A stretch of DNA of 64,000 bases, taken from the NCBI GenBank assembly GCA_964252035.1, contig OZ176201.1, one strand, 5' to 3'. This document shows, one piece after another, positions 26,301 through 38,400 of this stretch. How positions within the stretch are numbered: position 1 is the stretch's first letter; each line of letters opens with the position of its first letter. This DNA comes from Podarcis erhardii. Taxonomy: Eukaryota. Made by a program: the position numbers and the translations under genes. The notes beneath the pieces are model-generated. The model searched no databases and was not told the DNA's origin. It was given only the letters and a program-made list of their open reading frames with translations.

Positions 26301-29300
26301 CCTGTAAAGCTCTGGGGTTACAGGTTGACTCCCCCAGGGTAGTGAAGTTTGAAAAATGGCACTCAGCAGCAAATAGCTAACGTGTGGCCTTTTTTGCAGC
26401 TGGCCAGGCATTTGAAGCCCTGTTGCTGACTCCTCGGGGGAACAAACGAGGAGAAAAGACATTTCCCCTTATTGTTTCTCCACATGGTAAGTCACCACAG
26501 CTCTTTTCTGCTGCCTGCCCTGACAGCTGGCCCCATCCTTCTTTGCTTCCTTCTTGTCGTTCTGTTAGGACCCTATCCAAGGTGATCATTTTACATTTTT
26601 CCCTATGAGAGCAGAAATCTTAAGACTGAATTCTGGAATGTAAAGAGGGCATTTCCAACCTGTTGCCTATTTTCTTATTTCCTGAACACAAACTTCTCAG
26701 CTGCTGATTGTGAAGGGGGTATATGACAGATCGGTGGTGCCTTGACTTCTCTGAACTCTTTCGCCAAATTGGGAGATGTCCTTTAAAGCTGACATTCTGT
26801 TTCCAGGTGGCCCGCATGCTGTCTTTGATGCTTGTTGGCGTCCTAAAATGGCAAGTCTCTGCCAGTTGGGTTTTGCTGTGCTCATGGGTGAGTGCCAGAA
26901 GACCCCTGTCTCCCAAACCCACATACACTCCTTGCTGCTGATCCTGAGGGCTTGGCAAGAGTGTCAGCACATGCATTTTACTGTGTGTCTAACAATCCAG
27001 TGTACAGTTGTGTATTGGATGGGAGAAGGATGCCTTGCTGAAAAAGAATAGCCATTTGACTTCTTGAAGGATGTCCTCAGATTTCCAGTTTCCTCTCAGC
27101 CCTCCCACCTGCCCCCCTTGAGAAAAAAATGCCATGAACAAGCCAGGAAGTTATTTCCAGTTCTGCAGAGCTGAGTTAGACTAGCCTTTTTCTGATTTAT
27201 TCTTACTCCTTGAGAAATGACTTTGCTTGAGAAATACCTCACAGGTTTAGTATGCATTGTGACAAAAAGAGGGTGAGATTGTCTTGGTGTGTCCTAGCAG
27301 AAGTTGGGAAACAGAACAAGAAATTCCCTGTCAAATGGCCCTGAAGGGGTTTTATGTGTGTGAGAAGACAGTGGAGCCTCATTTGACCTAAAGCTAAGGG
27401 TATGCAGAGGCAGAATTTTCTGTACTCTGCAACCCAGGCAGTGGCTTGCAATTCAGTTTCTAGGCAGCACTTAAGCCAGTTTCCTGGTTCAAATATTATG
27501 GCGAACTGGGATTTACCTGGAAACCAGGAAATTCGCTCTCAAGCCAGACATGTGCCAAGAGTAGAGAAGCACTTGAGGTGAGTGCTTGTTTCCATTCCAA
27601 CAAATCAGTTTATTGTAATGGCAACATTATGTCTAAACTGGACCAACAATATCCAGTAATTGTGCCATAGGAAATTGAAAGCGGGATATTGTCTTGCATG
27701 TGGTTTGTAACACTTCATATTCAAACATAAGTGTTCCCTGCGCTGCATGTTCCCTGTGCCAAGCACACCTCAGGGGAGCAGGAAAGCCCTGAATGTCCCT
27801 TGAGGACATAACAACTCACACTTTGCTTTGCCTTTTTTTCTGGGCAGTGAATTACAGGGGTTCCCTGGGCTTTGGGCAAGCCAGCATCGAGTCTCTAATC
27901 TCCCATGTGGGAGTGCAAGATGTGGAGGACACACAGGTCAGCCCCTTTCCTTTCTTTCTCCATTCCCTAGGGTAAGGCCAAGCTTTGACGATAAAAGAAC
28001 AAAGGATGATAATGGCACTGAGTATCAGTTTGCACTGCTTATAATAGCAGGCAACCCATTTCCCCTTTAGCAGCTGGTGGGGCTGCATGGGTGGGGCTCT
28101 GTCGCTGTCCTGGCTTCCCAACACGATGGGCTGCTGCAGCTTACTGAAGGCTGAGGGGTAAGGAGTTCAGCGCATAGTGGCAGAGTCATTGAATGGGCTC
28201 ACAGTGCACCATGCTACAGGGTGGGAAGGAGAGGTAATCACAAAGCCCACCTAAAATTATCTATAGGCTCTGCACACATGAAGACTGTTCCTTCTGTTCA
28301 ACTCCTTTCTCCCTTTCATCTCAGCAGCTTGTGAGAAGTCATGGCAAAGCCATACCTGCCAGCTTGACTGATGGCATAGATCTTCTTGGTCAAGTGTGAG
28401 ATATGTTTTTGAACAGCAGAACCCCTAGACCTTGAGCCCCAGGGCGCTAATGGGACAGCTCTATACAGAGACATCTGTCCACATATCTCTGCCAGCATCC
28501 CTCAAGAAGACATACTCTGCCTTGTGCAATCAGTTGATGTTCACTGAGCTTTGGGGGATGAAGTCAGGTGGGGCCGGGGAATCACATGTGAGAGTGGATA
28601 TGATAGGCTACAGGCTCAGGATTGAGGGCTGCCTTCCCCACCCCTGTTGGTTGAGCCTTTTTGGAAAGAGGTTTGCACCAGTCCCTGCAAACATACCTGA
28701 CTTTGACTTATTTCGGCTCTGGCAGCTGGCAGTGAAATTGGCATTACGGACGGAACCTCTGGACCCAGACAGAATTGCTTTGCTGGGAGGGTCTCATGGT
28801 GGCTTTGTCTGCTGCCATTTGATTGCCCGATACCCAGAAATGTACAAAGCTTGTGTAGTCAGAAGCCCTGTCATCAACATGGCCACTCTACTGGGGACCT
28901 CTGACATCCCTGACTGGTAAGGAACTTCTTCATTTTTTTCTGCCTTGCCCAAGCCATTTTCATTCACCCATCTCTCTGCCATGTCCCCTTCCTGTGTCAG
29001 TTTGAGCCAATCTCCCTAATCCTCACTATTCAGGTTGCATTCACCCTCTCTTCTTCTCTGACCCCATTGCCCCACTCAACAAGGCCACTTCTACAGCTAT
29101 CTGAAAATAGTTTTTTGTTTGGCTCTTTGGTAGAGCTGAGGATTGAGGGCATGATGCTAATGGACTGCATCGTTTCCATAGGAGGTATGCAGTGCTAGGT
29201 CTGCCATACTGCTTTGAGAGGATTCCTACTGAGGAAGACCTGACTGCCATGCTGCTCTGCTCCCCTATAATTCATGCTGCAAAGGTAAGAGACAGTTAGT

Positions 29301-32300
29301 AGAACTGTTCATTGGATGTAGCATGTGTCCCTCTAGGAGGTGCCGTTTTTTGTTGGGTTGTCCCCCAGCCCACCCTTTGTGCCATATGTAGGGCTCTGTG
29401 TATTGCCCCAGTTTGGCACCAAAACTGTACTGCTGCTTAATTTGCATTTGCAGTATGGAATTCAGCACCCTAAGAACCCTTATGGCTGAAGACAGACTTG
29501 ACTGTACATGAAAAATGCTTCCTGATATTTGAGCAGCCAGAAGAAAAGCTAAATAGGATTTCTGGAGTGTGTGTGCATAATCTCATTGTCCTTAATGGCA
29601 ACAGGGATGCCCTTGACTATATCTATAAATAGCAGAAGCCAAATAGGCATCTAGGTTCCACTGGCTTCATTTGCATGGTCTATATAGTTTTCTTGGCACA
29701 GCATTTTTATTTTTTACTTTAGTGAAAAGGCAGATTTTGGTACTTGGCTCCAGGCAAGAAGCAGGGCCTTGTTTTTGTTAGTCACGCACTCCTTCTCCTA
29801 CAGGTGCACACACCATTACTGATGTATGTGGGTGCCAAGGACCGGCGAGTGTCTCCGTACCAAGCTCTGGAATATTACCGTGTGCTGCGAGCCAGAGGTA
29901 TCCCTGTGCAGTGAGTTCTCATCCTTTGCCTTCCACATATTTGGGTTAGCAATCTTCACACTTTTGCTTGAATGGAATCCCATGCCCGGTAGCTGAGCTA
30001 TTCTCTCTTCCAGAATGTATTGAAACAATCAGTGTTTGTAGAACACAAGTCTCTCGCAAAACTAATCCAAATCTGAGAGCATGCATACTTTGAGGAGTGT
30101 GTGTGTTCCTTGTGCAATCCTTCTGTTCCCAAAACATGCCAGGACCCTTCTTCCAAGCTTTTCACATTGCATATGCATAACTGCTCTGGTTTCTCCTCAG
30201 TGTTGTTCCTTATGTTTGGCCAAGGCCTTCTCTTAAATATGGAGAGTGAACACACCAGGGAATTAAGGTTTCTCTATATTTGACTACAGTACGCTTGGAA
30301 TCACTGGCTTGGTGGCTGTTGGTGGAATAACACCCTCAGTCACTTCCACTTGATGTTCATGAAGCTTCTGAGCCCTTCCTCGGTTTGCTGCCCCATTCAT
30401 CTTGAGGTGGTGAGAGTGATTACCTTCACACCCTTCTGGAAAAGTGCATGGAATTGAATGGGGAAGCTAGAAGAGTAATGCTTCTCACTTCCTCCTGTAT
30501 ATGCTTAGACTCAGGTCAGTACCTGAGTGGCTGAATGGTAAGCAGAATAACTAAGAGGAGAGGAAAGAAAGCAATTTGGGAGTCTAGGAGGAGGACAGTG
30601 GAGCAACTGGTAGCAGGTGGAGGGAGGAGGCAGAGAGGTGAAAATTGGGTGCTGCAGGAGTCAGTAGAGAAAGAGAATTAAGTGCCAGAGAGCAAAGGCA
30701 CACACATGTATTTTCAAGTTGGATACAGTAAAATTGACCCTCTTGAAATGACATAATTTATAATTTATGACATAATTAAGCATCACCAGCATCATTGTGT
30801 ATGTCTGCATTGATTGAACCATGAAAATGACAGCTCTGGAACTTTCCAGTCCTGCCATGGCACAAAACCATGGATCCAAGGCACAGATCATCCTGGGAAT
30901 TCTAGAGGATCAGCTTTAATTCTACTGGATCTGATTTTTACCCAGACCCCATAGGAAAGCGAAGTCTCTCTCTGTGTGTGTCCGTGCATCTGTTGTGAGG
31001 GGAAATGATTTGAGAAGGTGACAAGTAGAAAAGAACAACTGGAGGGGGTGGTGCTGATGGCATTCTCTCATAATTCCAAATGTTCCCAGAGGACCAAAAA
31101 GGTTGGTGACTCCTGAGCTATGCCATCCTTGCCTCCTTTTGCCCATTGTGTCCTGCCTAAATGAGGTTTCTTATCAGGAGAAGCAGCAAGCTAACCAGTA
31201 GGTGGTGCTGGTGCTTCAGTATCTACCCTTTCAGTCAAAGGAGAGAAATTCCCTTTATGCAAAGTGTACTAGGTACACTATATTATTGCTGCTTTGATCA
31301 GTTTTCACTCAGTTAAGCAACTGTCCACACTTTGGATACTCCTTAAGATCATTTTTTGCATGTCTGTGTGGCATAGTTTCTTTTAAAATTGTAGTATCAG
31401 GAAAATGATGCAATATGTAACAGATCTAAAGTTGAACAACTCTGTATCTGGAAAGACTAGCTTCAGCATCTAACTTGCATTACAAAAGAGGCTAAATGGA
31501 CAGGTACAAGATAATCTGTTAGTGCTAGAAGCACATTATGGAGGACTTCAGCAATAAATATCTGTGGCTGGGTTGCAAGGCATCAATACCAAAGGGGGAA
31601 GTAAGGATTGAACTGAGAGTAGATATGGAAGGATAAAAGAAAACATTTCAGAGTTACTTTTCTATATGGTAGCTGTATGGACATTTTGGTCATAAATAAC
31701 AGTATAAGGCAGGGGTGGGACTTGGATGAAACTACATTTTATAATCTGTTCTGTTTTTGCTAACCTGTAAAAAAGGCCATGTACAGCTAAAGGAATTGAT
31801 TTCATATAGTGGTTTTGCCAGCCCAATGCCCACAGGAACCATGGTGCCTGCAAAGACTGTAACTGGTGCTTACAAGCAAGGTCCCCAGACTCTGAGCTGC
31901 TTCTTTTTTAAAAAATGAATGTCTCTAACCCTCCTAGAAAGAAGTTATGGAGCCAGTGTGGTGTAGTGGTTAAGAGCGGTAGTCTCGTAATCTGGGGAAC
32001 CGGGTTCGCGTCTCCGCTCCTCCACCTGCAGCTGCTGGGTGACCTTGGGCTAGTCACACTTCTTGAAGTCTCTCAGCCCCACTCACCTCACAGAGTGTTT
32101 GTTGTGGGGGAGGAAGAGAAAGGAGAATGTTAGCCGCTTTGAGACTCCTTCGGGTACTGATAAAGCGGGATATCAAATCCTCCTCCTCCTCCTCCTTCTT
32201 CTACTTCTTCTTCTTCAACTGGGGAGGTACCCTTCTAAATGATTTCTGTAAAATGAGTGAGGCTGGCTTCTCCTGCCTGTCATTGTTTCTAATTATTGAA

Positions 32301-35300
32301 GTTAGAGCTGTGATTGATAAGTGAGTTGTTTGAGCACCAGGCAGCAGGAATTGCTGGGGTTCTAAAGAGCTGCTGTGTCCCTCACCCTTTTAGTGTACCT
32401 TTCCTGCTCTGTTTTTCTGGAGTCCTTGGAGTGCCTGGAATCTCCACTATTTGCCCTACTCTTTTTCCCTATCAACCAGGATGCATTTTTCCTGTGTTGA
32501 TTTTGTCTAAGATCAGGTTATTTTCTGCAAATATTACTACACAGCAGGCGAAGCTTGGTGTTAAAGAATCCCCTCCTCAAATAGCGAATGCAAAACATTG
32601 CAATGAACCTTAAGACATTTCTGTAGGTGCGGGAACTGTTGTCCAGGCACTCGTTTAGAATTAATTGTATAGTTAGCTTAAAGTATAATGGTGTACATGT
32701 CTTATTCAGAAGTATTTCTCCTTGTGTTTAATGGGGCTAACTCCCAGGTAAGTAGGTGCAGGATGGCAGCCTAGGCTTTGGTTTAGGATTGGCATGGAAT
32801 AAAACAGGGTTCTTGATCTGTAACTCCACACTGACTTCCCGTGATAAATTTGAGGTCTTCTGGTAGACAGGGGAGCAGCAATGGCTGTACACACTAATTT
32901 GTGTTACATTTGTGGCAGCCATTTTGTGACAGGCACCCTCAGCACTCTCAAAATTCAAAATGTGCTCAACTGGTCCAAAGAGGTTGGCAACCCCTGTCTT
33001 ATATGCTAATTTACTACAAAATCATGGTATGCAAAATATTGGGGAAAGGCTCAGATACCAAACATGACTGAGTGGGAATTGACAATTTATTAATAGGAAG
33101 TAATGGGGAAGCTTACAAGTTATATAAGGGGTAATGAAGGGAAGGAAATGATTAAGAGACTTGTTCAGAACTGGGAAAAGATGTATGTTTTTTATTGGTA
33201 TAATAAGGCACATACTTCAGGAACTTTACATTTTTTTACTTGACATGCTGTAACAAGAAACAGGTAGTGAAGGGCAAAATCAAAGTATGGATGTACTATA
33301 TAGCGTGGAAGTGTTGCATAGCCTAGTTATGTTATTAAACTTGAAATGCATATGTATTGCATTCCTAAGTAAATTCCAAATGGCGGCTGCAGTACACAGC
33401 GGAAACCATAGTTCGTTTTTGGTTGCACTATTATGCCTACAAAGTAGGTTGCAAACTTTCAAATCTTGTATGTTCTTTCTCAGACATAGCTGTTTAAAGG
33501 AAATCTTTTTTTAAACACTGTGTTCCGTTTTATAGCAGAAGAGCCGAAGGGAAACAGAAGGGCGATGGAAAGGGTGGCACAAAGACCACCCCTGTTAGTA
33601 CAATCAGTTTCCTATATCCACAGGCATCAGAATATAGTACAGTGGTACCTCGGGTTACATACGCTTCAGGGTACAGATGCTTCAGGTTACAGACTCCTCT
33701 AACCCAGCAATAGTACCTCAGGTTAAGAACTTTGCTTCAGGATGAGAACAGAAATTGTGTGGCGGCAGCGGGAGGCCCCATTAGCTAAAGTGGTGCTTCA
33801 GGTTAAGAACAGTTTCAGGTGGACCTCCAGAACGAATTAAGTTCTTAACCCGAGGTACCACTGTACATGGTCCACAGATAATATAACTGGTGTCCCAGAA
33901 TATCTATTAACATCTCATCCTGCAGAGCAATATGGTTCGTTCTTACAAAGCCAAGTAGGTTGTGGAACACCCATGATTTAGCAGACCTATTTTCCCATGC
34001 CTAGGCTAGGCTGTAGGATCACCTGGAGTAGCCAGAAGATGAAGTGATATCTGAGCTTTGCCCCAAAGGGGCAGTTCAAACATCATTAGAATTGCTAACA
34101 GAAAGCCGCACAAATGCCTTGTGCTTCCACTTTTTCAAGTTTTCCGAACATCTCAATATAACAAACCTTTGGCTACCACAGCCTATGACTTACGTCAACC
34201 GCGACTAATGGTTTTCTAACTTTCTTTCTGATTTTGCATGTTATTTTAATAGTTATTGCTATAAAATCCAAATCCTAAATAAACTCCTTCTTAGTCCTTT
34301 TTTGCAATAATTCATATAATTCTCCTTACAAAACTTTTTGCAACCCTACAAGCGATGTCAATTGATTGCAATTGTCTTCCAAATATATCATAAATTTCTT
34401 CCAATCTTTCAGGAAAGTCTGGTCTTGCTCGTTCTGAATTTTCCCAGTTAATTTCACCAACTTGGCATAGTCCATCAGTTTTATATGCCACTCCTCTTTT
34501 GTTGGTAGTTCTTGCTTTCATCGCTGGACTAATAGTATTCTTGCTTCAGTTGTTGCATATAAAAACAATTTTTTATCATGCTTGTAAATCTCTGTACGTC
34601 ATTTTCATTATATTTTCCTTTAAAGCACTGCTGGCAGTGAAATTTATTCCCTCTTTCCATAATTTCCCCCAATCTTCTAATTGTATATTATGACCAATAT
34701 CTTTAGCCCAGTGTATCATAACTGATTTAACATCTTCATCTTTCAAATGCCACTCCAGTAATAATTTATACATTTTGGATAATACTTTAACTTGTTATTT
34801 ATCATCTTTAAACATTTTGTTAATTTGCTGATAATGCAACCAATTATTCACAAAACCTTCAACTTCCTCATAAGGTTTTAATTTCCATTGGTTATCCATC
34901 TCCACTATTGGTTCATAGGTGGCCCAATTTTTATTCATATTTATTTTTTTCACACTCATTGTCTCAAAATGCATCTATACTCTTAAAGGTAAAGGTAAAG
35001 GGACCCCTGACCATTAGGTCCAGTCGTGGACGGGACCCCAGTCTGGGGTTGTGGCGTTCATCTCGCTTTACTGGCCGAGGGAGCTGGCATACAGCTTCTG
35101 GGTCATGTGGCCAGCAAGACTAAGACGCTTCTGGTAAACCAGAGCAGCACATGGAAACGCTGTTTACCTTCCCACCAGAGCAGTACCTATTTATCTACTT
35201 GCACTTTGACGTGCTTTTGAATTGCTAGGTTGGCAGGAGCAGGGACTGAGCAATGGGAGCTCACCCCATTGCGGGGATTCAAACCGCCGACCTTCTCATC

Positions 35301-35407
35301 GGCAAGTCCTAGGCTCTGTGGTTTAGACCACAGCGCCACCTGCGTACTCTTAAGAGGACTCAATTCCATGAAAGGTCCTGAATGTAGAGCCTGAGCGGAA
35401 CCAAACT

Positions 35408-35468
<61 letters not shown>

Positions 35469-38400
35469 TCTCCAAAAGCAAAAAGTTAGTACTATCTAAA
35501 AGGTCCAATCCCTGCTCAACCATACTGATTGTTCAGAATTGTGGACAACAGCAAAGGCTATCCCCAAGTATACAACCTGCTTACATATATGTTGACAGGA
35601 TTTTGTAAAGTTGAATATGATGTAGTGCCACATGTAGGAGTATGCCACTATTGCTGAAATGTGATTGGAGCATGATAGAACAGAAGTGTAGGCAGAGAAC
35701 GGGGGGCATTATATGGAGGAGCAACTGCTAGCAGCAGAAGGCAGATAAAAAGTTAAGGACTGTGGCGATCACACAGGGTCCCCGGACGTTTAACGGTCTA
35801 TTGATCCCTGTGCCACCACTGCGCTCTCTTCCCCGCTGCCACCAACCCGTTACCCTCAGGTAAAACACTGAGTCCAGACAGTTGTTAAAAGTGAACCAAA
35901 TAAACAAGTTTATTTTATAAACATTAACAAGTTTATGGTTTCTCAGATAATATTCCTTTCAGTATCTTAACTTTAGTTATCTTTACCGATCTATACCTTC
36001 CTAATACCTTCTGACTGGTTATCTCAACTGTTTGGCTGACTCCTCTTAACAAATTCTCTCACTCTCTCACATCAGACTAGCCTAACCCACAGACTTATCC
36101 TCTCTGTCTCTTCTAACTCCAGACTATCTTCTCAACCACCCTAACTCTAACTAACTCACTTCCCTTGGGTTCCCATTGGTTAGTCATTTTACAATTAGTT
36201 AACCCTTTCCTTATGAACCCAGTATGATGTCACACACCTAGGAGGGCAAATGCCACAAGGACGCAGTAGGTGGGCACAGCATTTGCTAAAGAAATGATTT
36301 TTAAAAGTCCAAAGCAATACATAGAATTATCACGACTATACAAGCATTTCATTTGTTTCTTCTTTTCATATGTGTCAATTGCTGCAATGCCTGTATTTCA
36401 AAAACAATTAATAGATAGCCTAATAGTCTGAAAACCTAAAGGTCCACAGTTGTGAGTTTGCATTAACCACAGTTTGAAAACAGTGACCCAGTGTTGTTAC
36501 CTAGGCATCATTTCAAAGATAGAGTATTAGTTAGTTTAAAATGCCATGACAAAGTGATCAAGATTCACAGGGTAATGGGGGAGGGGTGCTATTGGATTGC
36601 TGTTTTTGTTTTTATTAGGTATTTTGTGGTTTTATATCTTGATTTTATTCTGTGAACCGCCCTGAGACCCCCAGGTATAGGGTGGTATATAAATTCTAAT
36701 AATGATGATGATAATGATGATGATGATAAATTATAGAATCATTCAGTCAACCAGTGCTAGGATAAAGTTCTCTTTAAGGTGGATGAGCTGTTGAGGATCA
36801 GATTAAATTTGAGGTTTGCTTGCTTGCTGACTGGAAACTGTGGGAAGCAAAAGATTGAAGCCACCTGTCACCATACCATAGTCCCAGTCCAGCTTCCTCA
36901 TTCCCTTCAGTGTCAGCTCTTTACCTTAAAAAACACACACACCAAAAAAAGCAACCTAGGGCACTACATGACAATTATGACATTTAAAATACCTGTGATA
37001 TTTTTTAAGGCTTTGCTCCTGAAAGAATCTGGGTAGCTGCCTGCTTGAGTTTGGGATTAACAAACACCAGGAGGATACCGTGAGCAGAGGGGCACATTAG
37101 CTGCACCACTGAACACATTATTGAACCAAATCTCTGTTCTGATTTTTCATAGTATTGAAATATAAGCAATAGGTGTGCCATGTAAAAAGTGACATAAATG
37201 ATCAGGAAGGAGAGCACTGTCCCAGCTGCCTTGATATGAGCTGCTGTTTGGCGGCTCCTGAAACTGGTTCCTTTACCTGTCATATTGCAGATATGTCTGC
37301 AGAGCGAGGCTACAACCATGGTGGAGCAAAGTAAAGTCACAAGAAGGGGACAGCTTGAACCAGTAATTAAAAAGAAGAGTTGTAAAGAACTGCCAGTTTC
37401 TATCCATGAGTATCCTTGAGTCATGTTTGTTATGTTGGCTGTTGTGGTGTTCTGATGTTGCACTGAAATATTATGAAATGCATAGGCAGAAAAGAGCAAG
37501 GAGGCAGCTAGAGATACTGCAAGAAGCGAGGGCACCAGGTGTGATATCCTCAGCTTGCACCAAAGGAAGAGGGAGTGGGTGCTGTTCACTATCTTGATGC
37601 AATAGAAGACGCAGAACCAGGCAAGGAGCCAGTATCGGAAGAATATGACAGAGGCTAGAAAGACATGAATCATTCTCATCGTTATGTGGTTGAACTCCAA
37701 CTTTAAGTAGTAAGTGATTATTGCTGGAATCATCAAAACTGTGACACAGATACTGGACGTTCCCATGGACAGAAGAAGTTGTTCCTTGGCATCGAGGGTC
37801 CTGCATTTAGCCCATTCAGCAACCATCACTGCAGTTATAAAGCTATTGGAGATGAACCCACAGAGGGCCATGTCGATTACAACCACCAGAAAGGCAATGA
37901 TTTGGGAAGAAGGCATATTTCCGGATTCTTGCAGATTGCTGTCTAGGTAGTCGTTTGCCAGCCAAAGTTGTTGAGTTCAAATGGAGAGTGCAAGTGTGGT
38001 AGCAGATCAGCGACATGCTTTTTAATGCATTGGGAACTATGCAAATTAACTGTGTGTCAAACCACCAATTTCCATAATGCTTTTATCTGGGGTAGTGGTG
38101 TTGATACTAACTATATAGAAGGGCTTCCTGTCACACAACTTTGTGTGTATCAGGAATGCTGCTTCAATTTGGTGTTTATGTGAATAAGAAAGTTAGCCAT
38201 AGGCAACCCCTTTGTGGCCCAGATTTTACTGCTCACTTAAAGAATAACAGGAGCTGGAAATACTGCTGTTGAAACAAGGAATAATCCGCCTCTGTAAACT
38301 ATATTTAGAAGATGTTAGCTGGCTTGCTTGCCCTCAGGTCCCCCTCATTTTGGTTTCCAGGAACTTCACAGCCAATTCTTATATTTGCTCCCAGATCATA

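Noticed and set aside
30290-30400. Weak candidate proximal terminal exon (…TTC ATG AAG…)
   Set aside because: No YP..NH motif, and the frame after the nearest acceptor does not match exon 22.
29911-36900. Initial idea that the APEH paralog is truncated and lacks the catalytic His
   Set aside because: A well-formed, phase-compatible terminal exon was found at 57895-58036; the read-through stop is generic for phase-2 donors.
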